A DNA stretch of 64,000 nt from the IMG/VR virus record IMGVR_UViG_3300021387_001565, positions 32,001-96,000 of that record. The stretch is one strand, 5' to 3'. This document shows, piece by piece, positions 49,201-58,122 of this stretch. Every line of letters begins with the position of its first letter. The first letter of the stretch is position 1. The DNA comes from a virus (Duplodnaviria; Caudoviricetes). The position numbers and the translations under genes were made by a program. The notes beneath the pieces are model-generated. The model was not told the origin of the DNA. It made no database searches and worked only from the letters and a program-made list of their open reading frames with translations.

Positions 49201-49791
49201 GGCTATAGCGGCTTTGTATTCCTGCCGTGCCTTAAGTATTGCATCGTTGTGGGCTTGAATATCATTGAGTCTATCCGTGGTGTCACTTATATCTTGGTTG
49301 AGCAACTGAATAGTCTTAGACATTCCGTTGATTACCGAATCATAATAATCCGCCTGCTCAGCGTGTGTCTTATTTAAAAGTTCAGAATAATGCAGTGCCT
49401 TGACTATACGCCCCTCTATCTGAGTAGATATTGCATCACCAAGATTGCTCAAGCGGGTAAATTCAGCCTCTAACTTATGGATTGTAGTTGCTTCCGCCTT
49501 TGCACGTTTAGCCGCTTTAAGGGCTTTACGTGCTTCCTCTTGCTTCTCCAAGGTCTTCTGATATACAGCATTGCGCTCAAGCGACTTTCTCAATAACTCG
49601 TCTCTCTTATGCTGTTCAGCGGCAAAATACTTCGTCTTGTTATTCTCAAAAGCGACAAAGGCTCTATAAGCATTGCGATAAGAGTTAAAAGTCCCGTTCC
49701 CACCATTATTAGCCGAGTTTGCGGCTGAATATCTGTTGGGATTATCGGGATTACTCCGAGAGTTAAAACTGCCGTTGTTATTGGTCTGCAT
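46291..49791 (-). CDS. Tape measure protein
   Basis: 1166 aa, coiled-coil and A/S-rich, directly after the tail chaperones. Confidence 0.8.
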   Translation of the reverse strand: MQTNNNGSFNSRSNPDNPNRYSAANSANNGGNGTFNSYRNAYRAFVAFENNKTKYFAAEQHKRDELLRKSLERNAVYQKTLEKQEEARKALKAAKRAKAEATTIHKLEAEFTRLSNLGDAISTQIEGRIVKALHYSELLNKTHAEQADYYDSVINGMSKTIQLLNQDISDTTDRLNDIQAHNDAILKARQEYKAAIARGEDAVAPKERLNNKGVFEAQRELASLQSQLAEQQTAYNNIYETGIRMRLLAEEDAYNEKLKEYAREQALQHRLYEERTQLRRGEKDEQGRDTVEEYQQQVTFEQKRHELAVANMKLEHQQKLDSLKRDHELRMEELREELKESVHPLRRQSAVDAVNEQRMQTFAKNTALIATNNDILSDQGRYLTMTEKWNLLNESDTARRENNRIFKNTYGKQRKDAYEQLSVKSGKSVEDIKKMFKEGLTAEFEDRDGDLVKIIKDANAAEQAMQEAGGSLTDGLLNSFVSGGVGGFFKQLFSNLLGKVAGTVANALSKVSEFLTQKIDPYLSTYYQYQSKLMTRLNGADHTYDSIYKLVKSNIGMSPIVTQTKVMEKVADLVEQGIVQNLEERALLMAIGDKLVTTFEADNENLLRLIRLQQKDSTNQYMGMEGILNKLLNQWFKDTSYLSTEFDNIEGLLMDLDSTMTDSVGINFAIQKWMAALSSMGASSSTLERLTQGLVYLGTGDVNALAGAQDLQSLFALVANKQNLDYAKLLNEGVREADINTLMRGVVKYIDEINTSSTNIIKAQYQDLFNMTRADFEAISNLAQSSKFSAVYSAYATSASSKMWVDDQVNSITDRMHLSERIDNLVENMFTSIATGISDSTGKYVAYRLQGALADAGIPVLSQVAQIAQLVPIATSIVGAIGTVSSAVSNPFRLNLKSWEQSNFESRGRASAATSAPSGASTATSASYSSSINSGVASNVFSRSTEFVGSSANLSEQIDSVASSMDSYGKTFANYNEELNSALSYSSSSLRSTSSLTTANAISAVSTASAETAKQTDTLGELYRDLFKKNIHVIPDSGTWSSLLSNASVNISTASVENISKTLSSVNKIMNSSSTSIDVRVTNSEIKTMSTVSEVSDKAQTLLTTLIMNALIKAKAQETNDRARDASTNDKLTLEDLITKIVNGDVNVNVTNPNFDTAVSRYLMES

Positions 49792-49803
49792 ATCTTACTT
49801 CTC

Positions 49804-50014
49804 CTAAGTGTGACGTTGACGCGCTTCCTGCTCCCTCTGTAAATCCTGCAAGATAAATCCAAGCAGATACTCACGCTCTTTCGGGGGCATCTTTGCTACG
49901 TCAGAATAAGACGTATTGCAAAACTTCGTGACAAGGTATTTCTCGTTTGCAATCTCCTTAAAGCGTATAGGGGCAAACGGCTTGCCATCAGAAGTCAATA
50001 CTGGGTCCAAAAAA
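49804..50014 (-). CDS. Tail assembly chaperone extension (frameshift product)
   Basis: FLDPVLTSDGKPFAP... lies in the +1 frame overlapping the end of the upstream gene at a T6 run; no RBS seen. Confidence 0.6.
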
Positions 50015-50743
50015 TTCTGTTGTTTGGCGAAACATGGTGCGGTAGTTATTACCGCATACCTCACAATCCACCTCAATGTCCATGTCCAAACCGATTGAGT
50101 TGTTGATTTTCTCTGTACACTTCAATATCTCGTTAGCGTCACGCATGGGCATATTTTGACAAAACTCCTCAAGTTCAATTACATTCGGAGCTTTACCATC
50201 AATTTCCTTAATAAGGAACTGCAACGTAATTGCAAGCCCTCTGTCTACATGACTAGCAGACTTGCCTTTTATCTCTTTGATACGGTCTTCAATATCATCA
50301 AGCATATGAGGGGTCTGATAGTTCAGTGTAACCGACTTCTTGCTTACAGGCAGGTCTCTGTGGAAATACTTGAGCACTTCGTCGGTATATTCGTGCGACA
50401 CAATACTGTCGAGGTCAATAGTCTCACTAGAAGTTACCCTGCACACAGGACAGGTACAAGCGAGTTTGTATGAACTTCCATAAGTAACCACACGGAGTTT
50501 ATGTAACAGGAATACATAATCACCAATGCACATATCGTAACAAGAAATGCTCTTGTTCCTGTCTACCCTGCATGAATCAATCAAATCACACATGGCTTTA
50601 TATCCGCTGTGCTGATTGTTCAACCGTGCCATCTCATCCGCAGTAGTCATACTACGTAAAGTCTCTTTAGTCGGGACTGAGCCGCCATAAAGTTTACCAA
50701 GACTAGGCAACGTGTACGTTTCCTTGATAGTGTAATCTTCCAT
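49988..50743 (-). CDS. Tail/baseplate assembly chaperone (T4 gp26-like)
   Basis: LPSLGKLY, LRSMTTADE, LRVVTYG, CPVC..IDL, CEVC, EFFGP. Confidence 0.8.
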   Translation of the reverse strand: MEDYTIKETYTLPSLGKLYGGSVPTKETLRSMTTADEMARLNNQHSGYKAMCDLIDSCRVDRNKSISCYDMCIGDYVFLLHKLRVVTYGSSYKLACTCPVCRVTSSETIDLDSIVSHEYTDEVLKYFHRDLPVSKKSVTLNYQTPHMLDDIEDRIKEIKGKSASHVDRGLAITLQFLIKEIDGKAPNVIELEEFCQNMPMRDANEILKCTEKINNSIGLDMDIEVDCEVCGNNYRTMFRQTTEFFGPSIDF

Positions 50744-50770
50744 CTTAAAAGTCCTTTCTTAAAAAAATTG

Positions 50771-51580
50771 TTAGTCATTATCTTCTTCGGGATTCTCTTC
50801 GTCAAACAGGTCAAGCTGTGCTTTATCCATCTTATCAGAAGCGAACTGAACACCCGATTGATTACCCTTCTTAAACTTGGTGCTGTCCCTACGTTCATCG
50901 TTAGCGGTCTTAATCTCAGCCTTATCTAACGTGTCATCAGTATCGAACATATCCATCTGAGTAGGCTCTTCGTATTTCTTGTTAAATATCGCAGGATAGA
51001 TGATACGAGCGTAAAGGGCTTCCCTATGCTTCTTAATGTACTGTATGTAGTTAAATATAACACGTGCAACAGTCTGTAACCAACGTTCATTGGATATTAC
51101 AAGTAATACGTGCTTACAGCCGCTCCCCAAAGAATCGTCGGGGTTTCGTATCCACTTGCCGTTATCTCTCTGTAATGGTCCAGAGTCCACGTTATTACGC
51201 GAGTTCCAGTAATTATAACGAAACGTGTAGTCTGGACACGAACAGTGAACATATGCGTCGTCACTATTAAAAGCATGAACTAATGCTCTCGTAATGTTAC
51301 GAATATCAACTTCATCCTCGGTATCTGCAAGAGAACGGAGTTTCTTCAAAAAGCCGCCGAACTTAACCTTTACCTCATAGGTATCAGTCTCACCTCTTAC
51401 GACAATAGATACGGTCAAGATGTCATCCTTAAACAACTCATTCATATTGATGTTATTTATTTCTCTGGTCGAGTTCAGTACCGTTGACCGCTTACGTCTA
51501 TTATATCGTTCTCTACCCTTTTTAGACGCTCTGCTTTTAGCAAGCAGTGCCTGTCTGTTGGCTTCTAACAACATCCGCAT
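50771..51580 (-). CDS. SWIM Zn-finger protein with acidic tail bearing two beta-clamp-binding-like motifs
   Basis: CSCPDY...CKH; QMDMF and QLDLF. Start set at MRMLLE, 51580 (AGGAG, 8-nt spacing). Confidence 0.75.
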   Translation of the reverse strand: MRMLLEANRQALLAKSRASKKGRERYNRRKRSTVLNSTREINNINMNELFKDDILTVSIVVRGETDTYEVKVKFGGFLKKLRSLADTEDEVDIRNITRALVHAFNSDDAYVHCSCPDYTFRYNYWNSRNNVDSGPLQRDNGKWIRNPDDSLGSGCKHVLLVISNERWLQTVARVIFNYIQYIKKHREALYARIIYPAIFNKKYEEPTQMDMFDTDDTLDKAEIKTANDERRDSTKFKKGNQSGVQFASDKMDKAQLDLFDEENPEEDND

Positions 51581-51656
51581 GAACATCTCTCCTGTCTTGC
51601 ATAATCCTACACTACATACTATATTATACATTTTTTATTACAAAAATGCAAAAGAA

Positions 51657-51689
51657 ACTGCCGACGTAGGAACTTCCCACATCGGCAGT
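51657..51689 (-). terminator. Intrinsic terminator after the tail tube gene
   Basis: ACTGCCGA...TCGGCAGT stem followed by TTCTTTT on the minus strand. Confidence 0.75.
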
Positions 51690-51707
51690 AGTGTCTAACA
51701 AAACGAT

Positions 51708-52307
51708 TTAGTTGTTGTCAATCTCCGCCCAATCGTAATGAACCTTAGCGGTGATTTCCTGCTTATCATTATCATCAGCACTGTACTCACCCTCAGTTAA
51801 TTCACCAATCCAACAACCATGCATCTTCCACTTGCGTACAAGTTGATAGTCGGGGGTGTATTCGCAGAGGAAAGCGTCCTTCTTATAGTCCTCTACAAGA
51901 CCAACCTTCTGAGTCTTGGTATTATAACTCTTGGACTGCCAAGCCATAAGAACATCTTTAGCGGATGCACCGATGAAGTCTCTGAATGTAAATGAGGTAT
52001 CCGAGAACTCGGGAACACCTGCATACTTAATAGTGTTGTTACCGCGCTTTAACGCAATTGCCTCTTGTGCAAAATGAGGAACAGCGGCGGAAGAAACGGA
52101 CACACGGAGAACTTCCTGCGCATTAGGTATACTTGCACCCCCGGGGAGTGCGATACCATCAATATCTGTGACAATCCACTCAAAGTTATTCTTACGCTGT
52201 ATCTCGTAGAGGTTGGGATTGTCTGCCAAATGATAGGTACTCATCGGCTTAGAGGTCTTTTCATCAAGAGTAGAGTTTCTGTCTACCCCGCCAATTCTAA
52301 TCGACAT
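51708..52307 (-). CDS. Tail tube protein (gp19-like)
   Basis: NNFE, KYAG, YKKD, WKMHGCW, YD pattern; follows the sheath. Confidence 0.88.
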   Translation of the reverse strand: MSIRIGGVDRNSTLDEKTSKPMSTYHLADNPNLYEIQRKNNFEWIVTDIDGIALPGGASIPNAQEVLRVSVSSAAVPHFAQEAIALKRGNNTIKYAGVPEFSDTSFTFRDFIGASAKDVLMAWQSKSYNTKTQKVGLVEDYKKDAFLCEYTPDYQLVRKWKMHGCWIGELTEGEYSADDNDKQEITAKVHYDWAEIDNN

Positions 52308-52326
52308 AATTTTTATCTCCTTCTAA

Positions 52327-53634
52327 TCAAGATACTGTAACTTCCTCGTTGGTAATAGTAATACCAATCTCGAAATCTTCCACAGGGTAAATAGGAACTA
52401 CATTAACCGTAGCAGACAACTTGGTCTTATCCGAAGTAGGATTGTACTTAATGCTCCAATCGGTCAATGCTCCACCGCTAACCATTTGGTCAAGTGTAGG
52501 AGCGATAGCCGCATTAAAGTTCATCTTAAGCACATCACTGTTAGGCTCGAACATCAGACGAAGAGCACTTACATAAATGACCTTCTTAATGTCGCTGAGC
52601 ATGTTACGGACGTTCAAGAAATTCTTGGCTACTGTACCTGCAAGTCCTACAGTCATCAGTGTTCTGTTACCCCAAATGGTGTAGCCGTAAGGCTTAACAT
52701 TGGCGATAGCATTTATACAAATGCCCGACTTAGGCTGATAACTGTCCGCAATAGACATGGTGAGTGGAGTATATGTCTGAGGAAGAACTACATTCGGAAC
52801 AACACCACGATTTACACCTGCAACAGCAAGGAAGTTTGCGTTTCCATCTCTCATCGACTTGGCAAGTGACATAAGGTACAGGTATGACCCGGGCATGTCA
52901 AGTGCTCTGCCTGCACTAGGCTGAGTACATGAGAACCAAGGAGTAAACATGGAAGCGTACTCACTATCAATCTTGTACGGGCTTTCCGTGTTAGTGATAG
53001 AGTAATATACCGAGGTGTTTGCCGAAGCCACCATACTACGCTCTGAATTGTTGGTATGGTCGATGAGAGCACACGCGTCACCGCGAGCGTTCGCAAGGTC
53101 AATCATCTTTGCCGCGATGGTAGACCCAGGGGTTGACACATCAGCGGAATACTCAAAGTTCGGGTAACCACCTGTCGTGATGTACTTGAACTGATATTCC
53201 GACTTGTCCTTCAACTTCTCCCACATGTTACCGCAAAGCTCATTATAAATGAACAGAACCGTAACAGTAGTAGCCGCATCATTCAGTCGCTCATAGAGCA
53301 CAGGGAGACCTGCGTTTATAAGTTCTCTTGCGTATACATAGGCAGGGTCGGGTGCTCCCTCTTCGTACATCGAACCGCTTGTAGGTGTAGCCGCAATAGC
53401 AAAGCCATCGGGATAATCCTGTGCGGCAGTGAAAAGATAAGGTTCAGTGCCACAAGCCGCCTCAAACTCTTCAATCGTTGTCAGCAGTATAGGTGTGTGC
53501 TGACTAATCACGGTGTCGGGGGAAAATTTACCCGCTACGTTAGTTACCAACCCGGGCACGTACACTATGTCGGAATCGCTTAACACGGGATTTCCTGCCG
53601 ACAAATCGATTTCGTTGATTACAATACTAGGCAT
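52327..53634 (-). CDS. Tail sheath protein (gp18-like, compact)
   Basis: IVINEIDLS, RGDACALID, VAGVNRG, INAI, IWGNRTL, LNVR, FEPN. Confidence 0.92.
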   Translation of the reverse strand: MPSIVINEIDLSAGNPVLSDSDIVYVPGLVTNVAGKFSPDTVISQHTPILLTTIEEFEAACGTEPYLFTAAQDYPDGFAIAATPTSGSMYEEGAPDPAYVYARELINAGLPVLYERLNDAATTVTVLFIYNELCGNMWEKLKDKSEYQFKYITTGGYPNFEYSADVSTPGSTIAAKMIDLANARGDACALIDHTNNSERSMVASANTSVYYSITNTESPYKIDSEYASMFTPWFSCTQPSAGRALDMPGSYLYLMSLAKSMRDGNANFLAVAGVNRGVVPNVVLPQTYTPLTMSIADSYQPKSGICINAIANVKPYGYTIWGNRTLMTVGLAGTVAKNFLNVRNMLSDIKKVIYVSALRLMFEPNSDVLKMNFNAAIAPTLDQMVSGGALTDWSIKYNPTSDKTKLSATVNVVPIYPVEDFEIGITITNEEVTVS

Positions 53635-53636
53635 CT

Positions 53637-54269
53637 TTATTCTCCTTTGTCAATTTTGAATGCTAACTCAGTGTCACTATCCTGTGGCTTAACATATATG
53701 GAATCAAGAGATTTATTCGTCCTACTCTTAACATCCCACAAATATGCGTCGTCAACATAGATGTGCAACGTAAACCGAGTAAATTGCCCAACCATCAGTC
53801 GTTCGGGAATATCAGAATTATCCTCAACGTCCGTACTTATTCGTAATGTGGCATTATGAACAAAGTTTAGGTCATTGTAAGGTACTTCAACCTTGAACGA
53901 CGGACTGTTTATAACATTAAATACAATTTCTCGTGCGTATTCGTCAGCCTCTTCCTTAAACTTGGAATAAATATCTAACTGATACTCAATGTTTATGGGA
54001 ATTGCATTTAATCTCAAAGTACGTTTAGTCGATTTATCCGCTGTTATAGCGTCAAACGACAGAACGGTCTTATTGGGGTTGATAATCTCATACCCACCCA
54101 CTCGACGAAGACACAATATTGGTAAGGTAATCGGATGGTCTCTCTTTTCCTCAGCCACTACCTCAAACAGTCTACGGGTATCATCCTGCCCGTACACATG
54201 CATGTTTGTGTCATTCGTCCAATTCTTTAGTTTATCCAACAGAGCGTTGTCATAAAAAGCTACAGACAT
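53637..54269 (-). CDS. Tail terminator / sheath stabiliser (gp15-like)
   Basis: ITLPIL, AIPINIEYQLDIY; just upstream of the sheath. Start set at MSVAF, 54269. Confidence 0.65.
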   Translation of the reverse strand: MSVAFYDNALLDKLKNWTNDTNMHVYGQDDTRRLFEVVAEEKRDHPITLPILCLRRVGGYEIINPNKTVLSFDAITADKSTKRTLRLNAIPINIEYQLDIYSKFKEEADEYAREIVFNVINSPSFKVEVPYNDLNFVHNATLRISTDVEDNSDIPERLMVGQFTRFTLHIYVDDAYLWDVKSRTNKSLDSIYVKPQDSDTELAFKIDKGE

Positions 54270-54658
54270 GTCTGCTCCTTCCACGTGTAATACAGACCAT
54301 CAAGAGTATCAATAAGAGTCTGTGCAGTCTGGGTAAATATTGGATAACCTTTTATATCGATGTTACCATCGTTGATTAACTTACACAAAGTAATAAGTTT
54401 ATATTTACCTACTTTCACATTAGGGTCAACTGTAATCTTCAAGATACTTGAAAACGACTCTATAACGAGATTAGTTGAAGCCTGTCTTATAATGAGTCGA
54501 CAATCAACGTCGCCAGTGGGAAAAATCTTATCCGAAAGATACCTGTCGATAGACTGCAAGTGAGAATCAGTGGAAGCCACCTGCAAGTGTTGTGCCCAAA
54601 GTCGTTTTAAGTGGAGCACGAACGGGTATTCGTAACCCTCAAAACCGATTGAGGTCAT
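54260..54658 (-). CDS. Hypothetical protein
   Basis: 132-aa ORF in the neck/tail operon. Confidence 0.7.
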   Translation of the reverse strand: MTSIGFEGYEYPFVLHLKRLWAQHLQVASTDSHLQSIDRYLSDKIFPTGDVDCRLIIRQASTNLVIESFSSILKITVDPNVKVGKYKLITLCKLINDGNIDIKGYPIFTQTAQTLIDTLDGLYYTWKEQTCL

Positions 54659-54660
54659 AA

Positions 54661-55344
54661 TTACTTCCTCTTACCTTTCGAACGAGTGTTCTGCTCGTCA
54701 TCGTCGACAGCCTTATTAAACACTCTTGAATAGAAAGCATCATAAAATTTACCATTGGTAAATACTGAATCATGCGCTCGCTTTAACAAAGCCTTGTCAT
54801 AAGGCTCTTGTGCGTTGAGCAAGTCGGCTACATTGGGGAGCAATTCATCCATTTGACGGGTATCAAAGTAAGAGCGAATCGCTTTTTGAGCTTCACTAGA
54901 CGAGTTTTTGAACTTGGATGCAACCTGTTCAATAACCTCATCATCAGACAATTTACTAACCCGTTGGTCAACCCCGCCGTCGTTATCTCCGCTGTCCCGT
55001 TGGTCATACAAATTATCCACTTGATACCAAATAGATGTCGTATCATTGTGGTTAGTCAGACCGCTCGGACGCAGATTGCCCAAATCATCATAAAACACGT
55101 TGTTCAATGATATATCGTCAAGAACATACCCTAGTTCATTTATCTGATTGGTAGGGTCAGACAAAAGTATTGCAAGGGTGAGTACGTAATAATACTCTTT
55201 AAACGGCAAGTTAGCGCAATCGTTGATGAGATGGCTCAACCCATAGATATTATCCACCCTGCTCAACTCTGTTTCGTGTTCTTCCACGAAATCTAACTTA
55301 TCCTCATCATGGCGAGGATAAGCGTATCTTTCCTGCAACTGCAT
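54661..55344 (-). CDS. Hypothetical protein (MQLQE leader)
   Basis: 227-aa acidic ORF in the structural operon. Confidence 0.7.
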   Translation of the reverse strand: MQLQERYAYPRHDEDKLDFVEEHETELSRVDNIYGLSHLINDCANLPFKEYYYVLTLAILLSDPTNQINELGYVLDDISLNNVFYDDLGNLRPSGLTNHNDTTSIWYQVDNLYDQRDSGDNDGGVDQRVSKLSDDEVIEQVASKFKNSSSEAQKAIRSYFDTRQMDELLPNVADLLNAQEPYDKALLKRAHDSVFTNGKFYDAFYSRVFNKAVDDDEQNTRSKGKRK

Positions 55345-55346
55345 AG

Positions 55347-55841
55347 TTAGTAGTCATCCTCTTCTGAGTTCAACAGATTGTAGCTGTCGGACTTATAATT
55401 CTCTTTAGGGTTACTGTAAGTGTCCTCGAACTCGGGGACAATAGCACAAGTGATGGACGCAGGATAAAGCATGATATTGCTCATCTGAGCCACTTTGAAC
55501 AACCTACCCTGTGCCTTGTCAATGCCGCTTGGAATAATAAACAGAGCACCAACCTGCAAATCGTGTAGGTCATAAGGAACTTGTATCAAACAGGCGTTCT
55601 CAGTCAGTTCCGAAACCCAACCGAGTTTCTTCATGGTGTACTGATTAGGATGTTCTTCGAAAATACATCCAATAGGTTCACCTGCTTGATAATTCTTATC
55701 TATCTCAGCGTATGTAGTCCACGACTTACCTGCCTTTGGAGCACGATACACAACCTCAATTCCGATTAATTGGAGCATCTGGTTAAAGTAAGTCCTATTA
55801 AGTTTTATGTTCTGTTCGTTTAATAAAACTCCGTAGTCCAT
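55347..55841 (-). CDS. Neck / head-closure protein (gp14-like)
   Basis: YFNQMLQLIGIEVVY, KKLGW, LQVGAL, LFKV. Start set at MDYG, 55841 (GGAG RBS). Confidence 0.6.
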   Translation of the reverse strand: MDYGVLLNEQNIKLNRTYFNQMLQLIGIEVVYRAPKAGKSWTTYAEIDKNYQAGEPIGCIFEEHPNQYTMKKLGWVSELTENACLIQVPYDLHDLQVGALFIIPSGIDKAQGRLFKVAQMSNIMLYPASITCAIVPEFEDTYSNPKENYKSDSYNLLNSEEDDY

Positions 55842-55852
55842 ACTGTCTCCAA

Positions 55853-56158
55853 TCATGCTTCGTGCCAATCGCGCCTTAAGGGATGTTCCGTACCGTCCCA
55901 CAGATATGTAAGATGTCCATCGGGATACAGACTAACAAACGCTCCCGTTACAGGGTTGTCATTCTCTTTCGAGCGATAATAGCAACCACCGTTCTCATGC
56001 TCATAATCCTTTGTGTATACATATCCCTTGTGGGTACTAGGAAACAACTCGATGAAAATCCTGTCGGGAAAAGACGTTAGTGTGTCATTATCCTCAGTCT
56101 CTATGAGAGTGTGAGTACGGGGGTCTTTCTTGCGCTCCAAATCGCTTTCGAGCCTCAT
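55853..56158 (-). CDS. Hypothetical protein
   Basis: 101-aa ORF with a G-rich RBS. Confidence 0.65.
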   Translation of the reverse strand: MRLESDLERKKDPRTHTLIETEDNDTLTSFPDRIFIELFPSTHKGYVYTKDYEHENGGCYYRSKENDNPVTGAFVSLYPDGHLTYLWDGTEHPLRRDWHEA

Positions 56159-56172
56159 GCACGAACACCCCC

Positions 56173-57207
56173 TTATCTACGACTGATGGGCTTATGGATA
56201 GTCTTACGTCTGCGTAAGTTCTCATTGATACACTTGGACTTGCGGATAGGGGATTTCTGCTTAAGTGACTCTTTGAGCACTGTACCCTTTACCATGCCGT
56301 GTCCGTTCTTTCCGATAACCACATACCTGTAAGACAGTGACTCGCATACGAGTTTCTTGCCATCAACTGCACCAACAAGTACAAAAGGCTTCTTGCAACG
56401 GGTGATAGATAAGTTCTCTCCAAGAAGAGTGACCTTTCCATCGGGAGTGATAGTATCGGGAGTAAACTTAAAGGTGGTATTTACTCTCTTACCGTTAGTG
56501 TAGGTGATTACACCCTCAAGCATAATGCAGTCGGGTTTCTTAATGGCTTTACGTGTCTTGTAAGACTTAACATCGCCGTAAGACTCACGAAGATATGACT
56601 CAACCATATCATCCATGTCATCGTCAACCTCATCGAGGTCTACATCGCGCTCTTCGTCTTTGTCCTTGTCGGTATCACCCTTTTCGTCACCTTCGTCGGT
56701 ATCAGATTCGGTCTTGATAGTGGACTCTTCTTCGCTATCAAGGGGCTTAATAATCTCATCGCTATCGGAAGTCTCTACGGTTACTTCCTCAGTCTCAGTG
56801 GTGTCTTCAACAGGTGTCTCGCCCTCGACCGTGACATCCTCTGTGGTCTCTTCCGAGAACGGAGCAATCTTACCAAGAATGTTGAAGCCACCCGACATAA
56901 AGCAGTAAGGACATTCCTCATCAGCGTTAGCCAATCCTGTCTCTTCGTCTACACGAATAGCATCCATAGGCTTAAAAATCTTGGACTTGCATACGGGGCA
57001 CTCAAGCACACCCTGTCCCACATAAGAAACCTGCAAATCATCTACTGAGGTAACTTCGGGGTCAATAACGTCAACCAACTCCGCAGGAACATCGTCGATA
57101 GCGTCCTTAAGCCCTGCAAGACCTTCGGGGGTTGTGTCGAACTGAGTGGCAATGCCCTCGTTATCGACATCATCCAAACTAACAAATGCTTCTGTCAAAT
57201 AATTCAT
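56173..57207 (-). CDS. Acidic Zn-ribbon protein, probable prohead core/internal protein
   Basis: CPVC...CPYC, long D/E/T tract, multiple L/I-x-E sites (YLTE, YLRE, VLKE, CINE). Confidence 0.6.
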   Translation of the reverse strand: MNYLTEAFVSLDDVDNEGIATQFDTTPEGLAGLKDAIDDVPAELVDVIDPEVTSVDDLQVSYVGQGVLECPVCKSKIFKPMDAIRVDEETGLANADEECPYCFMSGGFNILGKIAPFSEETTEDVTVEGETPVEDTTETEEVTVETSDSDEIIKPLDSEEESTIKTESDTDEGDEKGDTDKDKDEERDVDLDEVDDDMDDMVESYLRESYGDVKSYKTRKAIKKPDCIMLEGVITYTNGKRVNTTFKFTPDTITPDGKVTLLGENLSITRCKKPFVLVGAVDGKKLVCESLSYRYVVIGKNGHGMVKGTVLKESLKQKSPIRKSKCINENLRRRKTIHKPISRR

Positions 57208-57267
57208 TGTTTAAGTCTCCTTTACAATAATGCATGTACATCTACAATCTAATACAATCTAACCATC

Positions 57268-57975
57268 TTAATCTATAGCAATATTAAGATAGGAGTTAGC
57301 CTGTAATGATGTTCGCAAGTCGGCAAGTTCTTGATTGCCCTCGTTCAGCATGGTATCACCATCCTGTTCCCACAACGCATTGGGTTGTTTAAAACGGCTA
57401 CGCACCCTGCCTAATACTATCTTCACATGGGCAATGGACAGACGCAAAAGAATGTCCTGCCAATATTCGGATGTAACCTGTTCAACGTTCATGAGAACGG
57501 GAACAAAGATTATAGTAACAGACGCAGGGGTATTAGAACTAACGTTAATATATAACTTCTGCGAGTCCTTGTCAAAGAATTTTGACATATCTGTAGACGT
57601 TGTATTGCGGATTTGTAACAGCGTGTTCCATGCTCCATAATTCGAGGCAAAATCTCGAAACTGATTCATGTTACCGTATCCCGACAATAACTGCCACTGT
57701 GTAGCAAGCAACGGGTCAAACGTTCGTCCGCCTTGAATATCGGTAGAGATAGCCTGTGCCCGCAATACTCGCAACACGGAATTTACCTTATATGCAGATA
57801 AATCAATGCAAGACGAGTATGGCACAGTAATTGTCTTGAAACTATCATAATATCTATTCAATTCTCGCAAAGACCTGTAGATGAGTTTATCTACCGTTTC
57901 ATCGGGTATCTCTAGGGTAAGGATACTTCCGTCAACCTCGGTTTTTACATCATCTCTGAGTTGAGTCAAATCCAT
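57268..57975 (-). CDS. Neck / head-tail adaptor (gp13-like)
   Basis: LEIPDETVD, LGRVRSRF, DGDTMLNEG..EL..L; immediately after the capsid gene. Confidence 0.8.
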   Translation of the reverse strand: MDLTQLRDDVKTEVDGSILTLEIPDETVDKLIYRSLRELNRYYDSFKTITVPYSSCIDLSAYKVNSVLRVLRAQAISTDIQGGRTFDPLLATQWQLLSGYGNMNQFRDFASNYGAWNTLLQIRNTTSTDMSKFFDKDSQKLYINVSSNTPASVTIIFVPVLMNVEQVTSEYWQDILLRLSIAHVKIVLGRVRSRFKQPNALWEQDGDTMLNEGNQELADLRTSLQANSYLNIAID

Positions 57976-58054
57976 AGAATCACCTCAATGTGAACATACG
58001 ATACTTACATTATGATTATACAATGTTCTGCGACAAAAAACAATAAATACAGTA

Positions 58055-58081
58055 AGAGGACTTGCAAAAAGCAAGTCCTCT
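58055..58081 (-). terminator. Hairpin/terminator after the major capsid gene
   Basis: agaggacttgc-aaaaa-gcaagtcctct, an 11-bp perfect inverted repeat. Confidence 0.75.
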
Positions 58082-58122
58082 ATATACCGTTTAATGGTTA
58101 TGCAACCACCCGAACACCATCA

